NCBI GenBank assembly: GCA_030679955.1
Contig: JAUXSF010000012.1
Coordinates: forward strand, 22,498-86,497
Direction: 5' to 3'
Length of the DNA stretch: 64,000 nt
From: Chlamydiales bacterium
GTDB lineage: Bacteria > Chlamydiota > Chlamydiia > Chlamydiales > JAJFMA01
A program made the translations under genes and the position numbers. Of the stretch, positions 1 through 10,221 are shown one piece after another. The notes beneath the pieces were generated by a model. That model did not search any database and was not told the DNA's origin. It was given only the letters and a program-made list of their open reading frames with translations. Position 1 is the first letter of the stretch. Each line of letters opens with the position of its first letter.

Positions 1-462
1 GTCTTTTCTGCTTTCGAGATGCTGAACATTCATAGCCGTGTAGACATTGATGCCAGCATCTAAAAGCTCGATAACATCTTGCCAGCGCTTTGGATGGCGT
101 GAACCAGGAACATTCGTATGTGCTAGTTCGTCCACTAAAACCAGCTGCGGCTTTCTTTCCAGGATCGAGTCGATATCAAGCTCTTCAAAAGCGACATCTT
201 TATAGGTCACCCATTTCTCTGGAAATCGTGGAAGTCCTTCGATGAGTTTCTCCGTTTCGACTCTGCCATGGCTGTTAACAATTCCAATCCATACATCAAC
301 GCCCTCTTTCTTGCATTGGTGAGCATCCTCTAGCATAGCAAAGGTCTTACCCACCCCAGCAGCCATGCCAAAGAAGATCTTAAGCTCACCAAACTTCTTC
401 TTGCTCTCATCTTTCTGAATAGCTTTCAGAAGTTCGTCTGGATCTAATTGATACTCAGTCAT
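1..462 (-). CDS. kdpD: Sensor histidine kinase KdpD, N-terminal part (gene runs off the window start)
   Basis: My translation from ATG at 462 gives [44 protein letters not shown]...DELAHTNVPGSRHPKRWQDVIELLDAGINVYTAMNVQHLES. These are the characteristic KdpD N-terminal blocks. The start overlaps the kdpC stop (ATGACTGA). Confidence 0.93.
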   Translation of the reverse strand, partial: MTEYQLDPDELLKAIQKDESKKKFGELKIFFGMAAGVGKTFAMLEDAHQCKKEGVDVWIGIVNSHGRVETEKLIEGLPRFPEKWVTYKDVAFEELDIDSILERKPQLVLVDELAHTNVPGSRHPKRWQDVIELLDAGINVYTAMNVQHLESRKD

Positions 463-958
463 GAACCTTGTCCAGCTCAATATTTAGCAAAAGGACGTTC
501 ACATATCCTTTAGTGCCTGCTTGCTTCAAAACAATATTTTGTATGGCAGTTCTATCAACAACTCGCGCCTTCGCAACGCGGTCGGTTTGAAAGAGAGCCG
601 CTTCAGTGCTTATGTGGGGGTCTATACCGCTTCCCGACGCATATAGCAAATCAGCAGGTGCATCCTTTCCGTACTTTCCTAAACGCTCGCTAACCAAGTC
701 GTGTAAGCGTTGACTTGTAGGGCCCAGATTGCTCCCCCCTGATGGTCTAATAGGATTATAGTCCACCGCTGAAGGCCTTGGCCAAAAGTAGTTGTCGTGG
801 GTAAAGCGCTGCGCAATTAACTCTGATCCTGCCTTTGTCATGCTTCCATTCGCTTGGTACGGCATTGCAAGCTGTGCTACGAGGGTTATTAACAATGGAT
901 ACAAGATACCGCATAATACTGTCAGCTGCAGGAAAACTAGCAAAGCCTTACGTATCAT
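455..958 (-). CDS. kdpC: Potassium-transporting ATPase subunit KdpC
   Basis: 167 aa with one N-terminal TM helix, then '[20 protein letters not shown]' and '[11 protein letters not shown]' KdpC blocks. ATGA overlap with the kdpB stop. Confidence 0.92.
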   Translation of the reverse strand: MIRKALLVFLQLTVLCGILYPLLITLVAQLAMPYQANGSMTKAGSELIAQRFTHDNYFWPRPSAVDYNPIRPSGGSNLGPTSQRLHDLVSERLGKYGKDAPADLLYASGSGIDPHISTEAALFQTDRVAKARVVDRTAIQNIVLKQAGTKGYVNVLLLNIELDKVHD

Positions 959-3033
959 ACCAACCCCATCGCTGTCACCAAAAGATCGAGCAGCTTTATA
1001 CCAATAAATGGCGCGATGAGACCCCCAAGACCATAAACAAAAATATGGTGGCGAAGCAGCTGCGCGGCGGGCTGTGGCCGATAGGCCACGCCACGTAAAG
1101 CCAATGGTATCAAACCCATAATAACCAGAGCATTGAAGATAACAGCACTGATGATTGCGCTTTGGGGCGAATGAAGAGCCATAACATTCAACATCCCCAG
1201 CGGTCCCGGCTGACCGTCTGTAGCATAAAGAGTGCCAAAGAGCGCTGGAATGATAGCAAAGTACTTTGCCACGTCGTTGGCTATGCTAAAGGTTGTTAAG
1301 GCCCCACGAGTCATCAAAAGTTGCTTACCGATTTCGATGATATCTATCAATTTGGTGGGGCTGCTGTCCAAGTCCACCATATTACCAGCTTCACGCGATG
1401 CCTGCGTTCCTGTATTCATCGTCACGCCAACGTCCGCCTGAGCGAGTGCCGGAGCGTCGTTGGTGCCGTCACCAGTCATAGCGACCAAGCGGCCGCTCTT
1501 CTGCTCTTGGCGAATGCGTTCAAGCTTAAGCTCAGGGGTTGCTTCGGCAACAAAATCGTCCACACCAGCTTCAGCAGCAATGGCACCTGCTGTCAAGGGG
1601 TTGTCGCCGGTGACCATCAATGTTCGCACTCCCATGCGACGCATTTCGGCAAAACGCTCTTTAATACCACCTTTAATGATGTCCTTAAGATGAACCACTC
1701 CCATGCATCGGCTATCATCAGTTACTAGCAATGGTGTCCCTCCGCTTTGGGCAATAACGCTAACAGCTTCCAAGAGCTCTGGAGGAACAGTCCCTCCTCT
1801 CTGCTCGATGTGCACCCTAATGGCATCAACGGCGCCTTTGCGGATAATACGCTCAACCGATCCGTCATCGGCCAAGATGTCAACGCCACTCATGCGTGTC
1901 TGAGCAGAAAAGGGCATAAAGCGTGCTTGGGTGGCGTTGACAGTATCAGCGCGCAACTCGAACATATTTTTCGCGAGAACGACGATTGAGCGACCCTCCG
2001 GAGTTTCATCCGATAGCGATGCTAGCTGGGCGATTTGAGCAAAATCGCGTTCAGAAATGTCATGGGCTGGAGTGAATGCTGTCGCCATCCGATTGCCAAG
2101 GGTAATGGTCCCTGTCTTATCTAATATCAACAGATCTATATCACCTGCCGCTTCCACAGCACGACCGCTCTTGGCGATCACATTGCGCTGAATCAAGCGG
2201 TCCATGCCAGCGATTCCTATGGCACTAAGCAGCGCGCTGATCGTCGTAGGAATCAAGCAGACCAGCAAAGCGACCAAAACAGGCACCGTAATAATGCCTG
2301 AAGCTGCTTGCCCCGAAGCTCTAACGCTATAGTCTTCAAATGTCTTTATGGACACCACTGTCAAAATGAAGACGATGGTTAAGGCTGATAGCACAATGCT
2401 CAGTGCTATCTCATTAGGCGTCTTCTTCCTCTGCGCACCTTCAATCAAACCTATCATGCGGTCCAGAAAGCTGTGTCCCCTTTCAGATGTAATTTGCACG
2501 ACAATGCTATCGCTTACAACGCGAGTGCCAGCAGTCACAGCACTTCTGTCGCCGCCACTCTCACGTATCACCGGTGCGGACTCGCCAGTAATGGCCGATT
2601 CATCGATGGTGGCGATGCCTTCCACAACTTCGCCATCAGCTGGAATGATATCATTAATGGCACAGACGATACGATCACCGCGTTTAAGATCATCAGCTGG
2701 TGTGAGCACTTCGCGCCCATTAACTAGCTTCCTGGCTAGTGTCTCAGTTCGCGTTTTGCGCAAACTTGCCGCCTGAGCTTTGCCGCGGCTCTCAGCAATA
2801 GCACTAGCAAAATTGGCAAAGAGAACCGTAAACCATAGCCACATACTGATCTGTAAATTGAAGAATGAGTATTGGCCGGTGAATAATAGCCAGGTCGTTA
2901 TGATGGCGCCAATATAGGCCACAAACATCACAGGATTTCTATACTGTATCCTAGGATCTAGTTTGACAAACGAATCTAGTATTGCCTCCTGAACGACACT
3001 CCAACTCCAAATGCTTCGTCTGTGACTCGACAT
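955..3033 (-). CDS. kdpB: Potassium-transporting P-type ATPase subunit KdpB
   Basis: 692 aa with P-type ATPase motifs [18 protein letters not shown] and [16 protein letters not shown]. Lies between kdpA and kdpC. Confidence 0.97.
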   Translation of the reverse strand: MSSHRRSIWSWSVVQEAILDSFVKLDPRIQYRNPVMFVAYIGAIITTWLLFTGQYSFFNLQISMWLWFTVLFANFASAIAESRGKAQAASLRKTRTETLARKLVNGREVLTPADDLKRGDRIVCAINDIIPADGEVVEGIATIDESAITGESAPVIRESGGDRSAVTAGTRVVSDSIVVQITSERGHSFLDRMIGLIEGAQRKKTPNEIALSIVLSALTIVFILTVVSIKTFEDYSVRASGQAASGIITVPVLVALLVCLIPTTISALLSAIGIAGMDRLIQRNVIAKSGRAVEAAGDIDLLILDKTGTITLGNRMATAFTPAHDISERDFAQIAQLASLSDETPEGRSIVVLAKNMFELRADTVNATQARFMPFSAQTRMSGVDILADDGSVERIIRKGAVDAIRVHIEQRGGTVPPELLEAVSVIAQSGGTPLLVTDDSRCMGVVHLKDIIKGGIKERFAEMRRMGVRTLMVTGDNPLTAGAIAAEAGVDDFVAEATPELKLERIRQEQKSGRLVAMTGDGTNDAPALAQADVGVTMNTGTQASREAGNMVDLDSSPTKLIDIIEIGKQLLMTRGALTTFSIANDVAKYFAIIPALFGTLYATDGQPGPLGMLNVMALHSPQSAIISAVIFNALVIMGLIPLALRGVAYRPQPAAQLLRHHIFVYGLGGLIAPFIGIKLLDLLVTAMGLV

Positions 3034-3035
3034 AT

Positions 3036-4640
3036 CTAAAACGTCCTACCTTTAAGCATTAACAATTGCTCGACGATAGGCCCCAAAGACAGCGCAGGGA
3101 AAAATGTGAGCGCTGCGACTATAAAAATAACGCATAGCAGCAATGACGCAAATAAGGGTGTATCAGTTGTGAAGGTCCCTAGAGTTGGCGCTACCTTTTG
3201 CTTACCAGCCAGGCTACCAGCAATGGCTAGACTAGGAATCAATATTGCCAGACGCGTCAAGAGCATAATTAGCCCTAGCGTTACATTGAAGAAGGTCGTG
3301 TTAGCATTTAAGCCAGCGAAGGAACTGCCATTGTTAGCTGCTGCGGAGGTAAAGGCATATAGCATCTCCGACAAGCCATGTGGCCCAGCATTGGTCAAAC
3401 TAGCCAACGCTGTCGGAAGAGACACCGCCACGGCTGATCCCAACAAAATGCACGCGGCTGGAGCAAGCAACGCTAGCATCGTCCATTGCATCTCCCTCTT
3501 TTCGATCTTTTTGCCTAAATACTCAGGAGTCCTTCCTACCATAAGCCCAGACAGAAAAACAGTGAGCAATACGAACATAAGCATACCGCACAACCCTACG
3601 CCAACACCGCCAAAAACGACTTCGCCAATCATCATATTGAACATAGAAACGCCACCAGCCACCGGAGAAAGGCTATCGGACATCGCATTGACGGAGCCAT
3701 TTGATGTAGCTGTGGTCGATGCACTCCAAAGAACACTATCGTATACTCCTAAGCGCACCTCTTTACCTTCCATAGCGGCGACGTTGGAGGCCTCGAAATA
3801 CTCACCAAGGCCCACCCCAGCAAGCCACAGTACAGCCATCACAATAAAAAGCACTATGCCCTGCCTACGAGCTCCAATCATCACGCCATACATATAGGTA
3901 GTGGCGGTAGGAATTAGCAAGATGGCAAAAAGCTCTAGAAAATTCGTCAGCGGGGTCGGATTCTCAAAAGGATGCGAACTGTTAGCATTAAAGTACCCGC
4001 CACCATTGGTCCCAAGCTGTTTAATAGCTACTTGAGAAGCAACCATCCCCATTGGAATCACCTGCTTCTCTCCTTCTAAAGTGACTGCCTCTATATACGG
4101 ACTAGCACTTTGAATGACGCCCTGACTTGCTAACACCACGGCGAAGAGTATCGATAGGGGCAGTAGAACATAAATAACCATGCGCGATAAATCTATCCAA
4201 AAATTGCCAATAGTCTCGGCTCTTTCCTGCCGCAAACCGCGTATCAACGCCAATAAAATAGCATTTCCTGTGGCGGCGCTGACAAAATTCTGCACTCCCA
4301 ATCCGAGAGTTTGGGTAAGGTAGCTCATGGTGGTCTCGCCACCGTAGGCCTGCCAGTTGGTATTAGTTACAAAACTGATCGCTGTGTTGAAGGCCAAAGA
4401 AGGCCCGACACCAGGCAACCCTTGCGGGTTTAAGGGAAGCCAACCCTGAAGTAACTGCAAAACAAATAAAAACAACAACCCAATGCCATTGAAGCATAGC
4501 ATAGCCCTCGCATAGGCACTCCAACCCATACCGGGGGCTGAGCTAGGTTTGTCGAAAACCTTGGCCATGTACGACCCCACTAGAGGTACGCATACCAATA
4601 GAAGAAGAACTAGTAATGCAAATTCGATTCCTCCCTGCAT
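3036..4640 (-). CDS. kdpA: Potassium-transporting ATPase channel subunit KdpA
   Basis: 534 aa polytopic protein with '[24 protein letters not shown]' and '[22 protein letters not shown]' selectivity-filter-like blocks. Sits 2 nt upstream of kdpB. Confidence 0.95.
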   Translation of the reverse strand: MQGGIEFALLVLLLLVCVPLVGSYMAKVFDKPSSAPGMGWSAYARAMLCFNGIGLLFLFVLQLLQGWLPLNPQGLPGVGPSLAFNTAISFVTNTNWQAYGGETTMSYLTQTLGLGVQNFVSAATGNAILLALIRGLRQERAETIGNFWIDLSRMVIYVLLPLSILFAVVLASQGVIQSASPYIEAVTLEGEKQVIPMGMVASQVAIKQLGTNGGGYFNANSSHPFENPTPLTNFLELFAILLIPTATTYMYGVMIGARRQGIVLFIVMAVLWLAGVGLGEYFEASNVAAMEGKEVRLGVYDSVLWSASTTATSNGSVNAMSDSLSPVAGGVSMFNMMIGEVVFGGVGVGLCGMLMFVLLTVFLSGLMVGRTPEYLGKKIEKREMQWTMLALLAPAACILLGSAVAVSLPTALASLTNAGPHGLSEMLYAFTSAAANNGSSFAGLNANTTFFNVTLGLIMLLTRLAILIPSLAIAGSLAGKQKVAPTLGTFTTDTPLFASLLLCVIFIVAALTFFPALSLGPIVEQLLMLKGRTF

Positions 4641-4642
4641 GC

Positions 4643-4732
4643 TCAGAATTTCTCCGGATGCAGGATTGTGTAGCTAAGATAGATCAGCAAAGCCAATGAT
4701 ATTAGGCCAGCTATTTGGAAGTCCACTTGCAT
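4643..4732 (-). CDS. kdpF: Small hydrophobic subunit KdpF (29 aa; below the ORF-track length cut-off)
   Basis: My translation gives MQVDFQIAGLISLALLIYLSYTILHPEKF. It is a single TM helix ending in the KdpF-like 'L..PE.F' motif, and its stop lies 2 nt before the kdpA ATG. Confidence 0.7.
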   Translation of the reverse strand: MQVDFQIAGLISLALLIYLSYTILHPEKF

Positions 4733-4805
4733 AGCAGTCCCCATAGGTAGAAACTGCTTATGTCATGGCCTGGCTAACCATGCAATAATTTTATTTAAGA
4801 AAAGA

Positions 4806-4886
4806 GACGAGAGGGACATTAGAGACGAAAGGGACATACTGACTACTGTCGCTATGGTCCCTATTGTCTCTAATGTCCCTTTTCCC
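4806..4886. repeat. Intergenic inverted repeat with 9-bp periodic arms (GGGACAT type)
   Basis: Left arm 'gagggacattagagacgaaagggacatac' pairs with right arm 'gctatggtccctattgtctctaatgtccctttt'. Lies between the kdp promoter region and the 3' end of the next gene. Confidence 0.8.
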
Positions 4887-5485
4887 TACGACCGGTAATG
4901 CGCTAATCGGCGCGCAAGGTCATAATTACGAGCTACCTGCTCGGAATGACCAGCCCATTGTTGCATCTGGAAGTGCTTCTCGAAGTTAGGGTAGGTCGGC
5001 AATCTTGCATCTTTAGGAAACAGACCGCAGTCAATACCCTTTTGTGCCATCGCAGCAGCATTTATCGAGTTATGGTACTCGACACGCTCGGCTTCACGCA
5101 CATAATTGGATCTATTGATCTGTCCTGTCGCTGCAAGGTGATCCAAATGATCATACTTGGCCGATACATAAGCATTCTGAAGCTCAAATAGAATAGAGCC
5201 AATCATTGCTCCAGTGCTTTCGTGAAAATCGGGGTTAACGAAAATGATACGGCGATCACAATCCCAGCAAGCTCCAAACTCGCGCGCTGGACCCTCAGCA
5301 TCAGCAGAGAACTTTATAGGGCCCTGCTTCTTTATTTCGTTAATGAACTCACGCGCCTCAGTAAGCTGTTCGATAGTCTTTAAAGATTTCTCCAACCGAG
5401 GTGGACAGTGAATCCCACAAACAGTCGCACTGGATGCCCAGCTAACATGTAATAAACAAATTAACGTTAAGACTGTTTTACGCAT
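4886..5485 (-). CDS. Hypothetical exported protein
   Basis: ORF 4886..5545. I prefer the start at ATG 5485 (MRKTVLTLICLLHVSWASSA, signal-peptide-like), which has a GGAGG 6 nt upstream. No family recognised. Confidence 0.6.
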   Translation of the reverse strand: MRKTVLTLICLLHVSWASSATVCGIHCPPRLEKSLKTIEQLTEAREFINEIKKQGPIKFSADAEGPAREFGACWDCDRRIIFVNPDFHESTGAMIGSILFELQNAYVSAKYDHLDHLAATGQINRSNYVREAERVEYHNSINAAAMAQKGIDCGLFPKDARLPTYPNFEKHFQMQQWAGHSEQVARNYDLARRLAHYRS

Positions 5486-5635
5486 TGTATCCTCCGCTAG
5501 TTGGAATAAGGCTACTAGCATATACCCATATGAATGATTAAGCAATCTTAAAGAGTTTTCTGGAGAGTCCTTGACGTAACGAGTTTATTTCAATTAGAGT
5601 GCGATTTACCTACAAATAACACCGAGACGATCACG

Positions 5636-7078
5636 ATGCGGTTTAAGAGCGCTCTTTCTTTGCTGGCTTTATTTTATATCTTGTCATGCGCATCGTCGAC
5701 GACGAGCCAGATAGTGATACCCGTTACAGCAGAGGAAGTGGCTACCTTCGCTAACTCAACACAGAAAGAAGTGCTCTTCGCGGTAAAATCAGTGGTGTCA
5801 GTGCCTGACAATGAACGAACGTTTTCCAACACAATGAAACCGTGGAATTGCCTCGCTAATGCTCTGTTGGCCTCTTTGAGCACCCTTTATTTTACGGCGG
5901 AAAATAAACTACCATCAGCGGTACAGGCAAAAGAAGCGCTAAATGGTTTGATCGGGTTCCTCTATGGATCCATAGCCCTCAATAAAGATGTGCATCGCGC
6001 ATTTTTGTCTTACGCCGATAAGGCACTAAGTAACCCAGCGTCCATTGATAGCTACCAGATGTATGAACTCAATACTGTCTTGGCAACAGCGCAGGGCTTG
6101 CAGCCAATGCTCTCTAAGGAGCAAAAAGCTACACTGGAACGCTTGGTCACGCTGGCGAGTAAGCAACCCGCCACCCCCTACCTATATAAGAAGGGGCTGG
6201 CCGAGGAAAAAGAACCCGACGGCCCACTGACTGTTCTCAATCTCAACACCTGTTTTCTACCGGGAAAAAACCCTTACTTCCGCGGCGGAGCCAAACCTTG
6301 GGAAGACCGTGTACATCCATTAGCTAACACCATCATTGAACATGACCCTGATATTGTTTGCCTGCAGGAGGTCTTTGCCGAAGATGCCAATGAAGAACTC
6401 TATCAGGCGCTCAAGAACCACTACAGTCACTTCTATATTTCAATCGGAACAAGACCACTAGGTTTTGCCCTTGAGCAACTGGGCCTTCCCAGCGGCCTAT
6501 TGGTCGCTAGTAAATATCCCGTTGAGGCGCCGCGCTTCGCCGTTTTTACCGTCACCGGCACAGCTATGAACTATGGCGTTTTTGACTTTGTTGTTTTAGG
6601 GAGCGAAAAAACACACATCTATACCACACACATGAAATCGCTCGACGAACCTGAATCGCCAGAAACCAGAGCGCTGCAGCTGCAGGAGATCATCGACAAA
6701 GCAGAGGCGGATTTCAGCGTCAGCAATGAAACCACTCCCGCCTTTGTCTGTGGTGACTTTAACATACCTTGGGGAAGGGGCGAGCCAGGAGAAACTCTCA
6801 TCCGCGAAAATTTCACGGACGACTACAACAAAGATCGCAAGGTAGCCGATGCCGATGCTTGTACATGCACAGACTACTATACGGACTACTTCTTTCAGAC
6901 CAATGGCATTCCATTGCGCGTTAACTATAACTTCCAAATTATCGACTATGCACTGCTACTAAAGGCCGATAAGAAACACAAGCTACATACAGAGTTAATC
7001 AGGATGAACCACCTATCCGATCCTACGGAAATCATCACCGACCACAATGCTCTCTTCACCATCATCAGCGAAAACTAA
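5636..7078 (+). CDS. Endonuclease/exonuclease/phosphatase (EEP) family protein, sphingomyelinase-like, with signal/lipoprotein-like N-terminus
   Basis: 480 aa. The N-terminus is 'LLALFYILSCASS'. The C-terminal half carries EEP motifs 'DIVCLQEVF', 'CGDFNIP' and 'ITDHNALF'. The first ~190 aa form a helical domain of unknown family. Confidence 0.75.
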   Translation: MRFKSALSLLALFYILSCASSTTSQIVIPVTAEEVATFANSTQKEVLFAVKSVVSVPDNERTFSNTMKPWNCLANALLASLSTLYFTAENKLPSAVQAKEALNGLIGFLYGSIALNKDVHRAFLSYADKALSNPASIDSYQMYELNTVLATAQGLQPMLSKEQKATLERLVTLASKQPATPYLYKKGLAEEKEPDGPLTVLNLNTCFLPGKNPYFRGGAKPWEDRVHPLANTIIEHDPDIVCLQEVFAEDANEELYQALKNHYSHFYISIGTRPLGFALEQLGLPSGLLVASKYPVEAPRFAVFTVTGTAMNYGVFDFVVLGSEKTHIYTTHMKSLDEPESPETRALQLQEIIDKAEADFSVSNETTPAFVCGDFNIPWGRGEPGETLIRENFTDDYNKDRKVADADACTCTDYYTDYFFQTNGIPLRVNYNFQIIDYALLLKADKKHKLHTELIRMNHLSDPTEIITDHNALFTIISEN

Positions 7079-7081
7079 ATA

Positions 7082-7310
7082 GGATTGAGGATTTTTTTTA
7101 ACCACAGAGGCACAGAGACACAGGGGGAGGGAGAGAGGAAAGATATTTTGCTGAGGCAAAACATCTTAAATCTCAAAATACTCTACCTATGTGCAGCTAG
7201 CAGCATGGAGAAATGCGAAGCTAGATTTAAGGTATTTTGCCTCAGCAAAATATCTTTCCTCTCTCCCTCCCCCTCTGTGTCTCTGTGCCTCTGTGGTCAA
7301 AAAATCCTAG
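7082..7310. repeat. About 230 bp near-perfect long hairpin element
   Basis: Left arm 7082-7160 ('ggattgaggattttttttaaccacagaggcacagagacacagggggagggagagaggaaagatattttgctgaggcaaaa') is almost exactly complementary to 7234-7310. The loop holds a further inverted repeat, 'cttaaatct'/'agatttaag'. Confidence 0.9.
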
Positions 7311-7334
7311 TTCCTAAACCCTAGTTCTTAAGTC

Positions 7335-8330
7335 CTAAACAAGAACTTCTTGCTTGGAACGTGCTGACAGATAAGCTGCATCGACGACCTTCTGATTTTC
7401 TACGCCGTTAGACCCATCTAGACAGGAATGTGCGCCATTAACAATGCACTCAGCCAAATGCTTTAACTCATCTACAAATATATTGTGGGCCTTAATGGGA
7501 AAGCTAACCACAGTACCATCCGCCTGGAGATGTTCCAGCGTCTCAATAGCGTCAAAAGTCTGCCGCAAGGAGTTCCTGCTGATTAAGCGTGACTCAGACC
7601 CAACCAGCTCGAATCCACTGTAGAAAGGATGCTCAAAAGAGCTCTCAAAAGACATCGTAGCGCCTCCAGATAAGCGCCCAACAGCTGTGACTGTCCTGTC
7701 GACTTCTTCGCCATCGACCACTGCAAAAACACTTTGGATAGACTGACCAGTGACAAAGCGGATAAGATCGATCAAGTGAACCCCAAGATCCTGCATGGAC
7801 CCGCCACCACATTCTTTTTGAAAACGCCAGTTTGCTTTGGGCAATGAGATGGTAAAGTGTGCATGAATTTTCAAGAGCTTTCCCAAAGCACCTTCCTGAA
7901 GCATCTTCTGCGCCAACAAGACGGATGGCTTAAAACGCATGGCGTGTCCCACAAACAAAGGTACATTAGCTTTGCGGAACGCCTCTACAATGCGCAATGC
8001 AGCCTCTCCTGTCGGCGCTAGAGGCTTCTCGCAAAGCGTCGGCTTACCTGCAGCCGCGCAAGCTATTGCATCATTTTCATGCATGTGATTGGGAGTACCA
8101 ATAAAAACGGCTTCGACATCAGGATGCGAAAGCAACTCCTCTCGTGTCGAAACCGCATGCGGAACGCGATACTTCTTCGCGACCTGTTCCGCTTCGCCAA
8201 TATCGCGCTTTTGCAGACAAGTAATTTTGACAGTATCGATCTCGTCCAGATAAGGTAAAATGCGTCTCTGAATAAAGCTGCCGCAGCCCAATATACCCAG
8301 TCTAAGAGGATCTCGCTGTAAATCCCTCAT
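7335..8330 (-). CDS. Gfo/Idh/MocA family NAD(P)-dependent oxidoreductase
   Basis: 331 aa with N-terminal Rossmann motif 'LRLGILGCGSFIQRRILP', an 'EKP' motif, and a typical C-terminal alpha/beta domain. Confidence 0.85.
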   Translation of the reverse strand: MRDLQRDPLRLGILGCGSFIQRRILPYLDEIDTVKITCLQKRDIGEAEQVAKKYRVPHAVSTREELLSHPDVEAVFIGTPNHMHENDAIACAAAGKPTLCEKPLAPTGEAALRIVEAFRKANVPLFVGHAMRFKPSVLLAQKMLQEGALGKLLKIHAHFTISLPKANWRFQKECGGGSMQDLGVHLIDLIRFVTGQSIQSVFAVVDGEEVDRTVTAVGRLSGGATMSFESSFEHPFYSGFELVGSESRLISRNSLRQTFDAIETLEHLQADGTVVSFPIKAHNIFVDELKHLAECIVNGAHSCLDGSNGVENQKVVDAAYLSARSKQEVLV

Positions 8331-8340
8331 GCCATACCCA

Positions 8341-9234
8341 TTAGCGCGTAGTTATTATCACAGTGCCGTCGTCATCCACCAAGACAGAGTTCTCTGCCTG
8401 GGCAACCATGCCCCGATCTTTCTCCAGAAGCGGACCGTAGCCAGTAATCGTCTCGGTCTTAAGAAGCTCCCCTAAACCTTTGCGAACCTTATCTAAGGGC
8501 ATTTCTGCGCTAATGAGATCATGAATAGCAAAGGGCAGCCCAGCAAACTCCTTGATGCGAGTTAGCAGCTTCTTAGCATTGTCTGTGCGGAGCGGTTGGT
8601 TCTTCACAAAAGCGAAAATGGTGGGCTCATCGACTTCATAGATTAGTCCAGCGCCATCTGTTACAAAGGGTTCGATGGCGAAAGTCATACCAGGCTTGAT
8701 CTCTACCTTGCTACGATTGTCGTAGTTTGGAATCATCGGTGGCGTATGAATCTTGTAAACGCCCAATCCGTGACCCGAAAGGTTTTGGATAGGCTTTAGG
8801 CCATAGCTACGCGCTGTTTCGTCGATAATGCGTCCGACCTCACGCAATGGCTGACCTACCTTAATACTCTTCTCCGCTGCCAATAGCGCGGCTTCAGCCG
8901 CCTCAATTAGCTTCTGATGCTGACCAGAAAGGTCTATGCTCACTGCACAGTCACCTATAGCTCCCTGAAAACAGACTCCCACGTCTAATTTGACAACTTC
9001 GACCGAAAAAATAATGTCTTCATCCGGATAAGGCAAGTAATGCGCGGCAACGTCATTCATAGCAATCTGTGGTGGAAATGCGGGTCGTGCTCCCAACTCA
9101 TGAATTTTGGCGTTGATCTGGTTGATCACGGCATTGTAAGAAGCGCCTGGCACAATAAGGCTCTTACCGTACGCACGAACCTCTTTGGCTATTGCTCCGG
9201 CACGAATGAAATTACGTTTGTAGCTCTGATCCAT
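8341..9234 (-). CDS. map: Methionine aminopeptidase, type 2 (archaeal-like, about 295 aa form)
   Basis: 297 aa, collinear with archaeal MetAP2 as I recall it: 'AGAIAKEVR', 'PAFPPQIAMNDVAAHY', 'KLDVGV..G.IGD.A', 'NLSGHGLG.YKIH', 'FAIEPF.T.GAG' and the inserted helical subdomain 'LPFA...L'. Confidence 0.85.
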   Translation of the reverse strand: MDQSYKRNFIRAGAIAKEVRAYGKSLIVPGASYNAVINQINAKIHELGARPAFPPQIAMNDVAAHYLPYPDEDIIFSVEVVKLDVGVCFQGAIGDCAVSIDLSGQHQKLIEAAEAALLAAEKSIKVGQPLREVGRIIDETARSYGLKPIQNLSGHGLGVYKIHTPPMIPNYDNRSKVEIKPGMTFAIEPFVTDGAGLIYEVDEPTIFAFVKNQPLRTDNAKKLLTRIKEFAGLPFAIHDLISAEMPLDKVRKGLGELLKTETITGYGPLLEKDRGMVAQAENSVLVDDDGTVIITTR

Positions 9235-9427
9235 TGCTTCCCTTTTTATTGAGTGAACAATTCTATCACGAGGCAGAAATTCAACGCAAAGGAAGGCAGT
9301 GCATTCCTAATAGCATACCTATAACATTTTTTCTGTTGCCAAATTGAAGTTTTAATGCACATAATCTCGCGCCAACAGATCCGTGCAATTTTTATGGGCT
9401 TTACGCACACAAAACAGGAGATTTGTC

Positions 9428-10186
9428 ATGCAGAGCGTATTTAGGGGGTTATTTAATCCGCCATCAAAACTCTTTTCCTCTATTCCCACAACTTCACAAA
9501 CTTCCAAAATGAATTTTAGGAACGCTGCGATTCAATTTAACGATTTCCACCCTCCAAAGCCCACTTGGGGCAAGGGCCTGAATCTTCGTACCACAATCGC
9601 TCTAGAACTCGATCGCCTAGGAATGAATTATAGCAAAGCCGCTCTTGAATTCATTAACGGCGGCGCTACGGCTATTGTTGTTGATACCAAGGACCCTGGC
9701 CAAGCTGTCGAGATAGCTAACTTCCTTCATAGCCAATCTCTAAATGAATCACCTCACGTCATCATCGATGGCCACCTTGGTGTCGCCATAGATACTAAAG
9801 CAACTGGCTACCTGGCTAATTCGATAAAAGATCTGGCGGATGCCAAGGAACAACTAGGCGATGGGACAACGATAGGCTTAAAAGCTGTTAACAGTTCTGA
9901 CCTAAAGGCAGAAGCAGCTTATAAGTTCATTGGATGGATATTCGACGGCAAGCCCGTGGACTACGAAACTGTAAAACAACTAAAGCGTGAACACCCAGAC
10001 ACTCGTCTTGTGGTAACTTTGCCTGAAGGGCACGGGTATGGGAAATTCGGCATATTTGCCAAACTGCTCGGCCCAAATGATGGCCTAGCAGTAGCTCATC
10101 ATCCTTTTCCTGAAGAAGATGGTCCAGAGGGTATTGCAAGAATGTTAACAGAAGCGCATCTACACGGAACCAGAGATCACCATTAG
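9428..10186 (+). CDS. Hypothetical protein
   Basis: ORF 9383..10186. I prefer ATG 9428, which has AGGAG 7 nt upstream. There is weak, unverified resemblance to a TIM-barrel (ThiE/TenI-like) layout. Confidence 0.55.
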   Translation: MQSVFRGLFNPPSKLFSSIPTTSQTSKMNFRNAAIQFNDFHPPKPTWGKGLNLRTTIALELDRLGMNYSKAALEFINGGATAIVVDTKDPGQAVEIANFLHSQSLNESPHVIIDGHLGVAIDTKATGYLANSIKDLADAKEQLGDGTTIGLKAVNSSDLKAEAAYKFIGWIFDGKPVDYETVKQLKREHPDTRLVVTLPEGHGYGKFGIFAKLLGPNDGLAVAHHPFPEEDGPEGIARMLTEAHLHGTRDHH

Positions 10187-10221
10187 TTAGATAGCAGCCT
10201 ACACTTTAGTGTGGGCTGCCT

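Noticed and set aside
3106-3897. 263-aa plus-strand ORF inside kdpA.
   Set aside because: It is entirely antisense to a confidently identified kdpA. Its translation is low-complexity (Ala/Pro/Thr/Ser-rich), typical of the reverse frame of a membrane-protein gene.
7085-7324. 79-aa ORF 'MRIFFNHRGTETQGEGERKD...'.
   Set aside because: It is read straight through the 230-bp hairpin element. The peptide is a by-product of the 9-bp periodic palindrome, and the second half is the mirror of the first.
9383-9427. Longer N-terminal extensions offered by the ORF track, here and at 5486-5545, 11188-11238, 24318-24326, 24550-24561, 45022-45045, 49277-49297 and 53329-53364.
   Set aside because: The upstream starts are non-ATG or lack an RBS. 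The downstream ATGs have Shine-Dalgarno sequences, give canonical N-termini (signal peptides, lipoboxes, Rossmann motif), or form ATGA stop-start overlaps.
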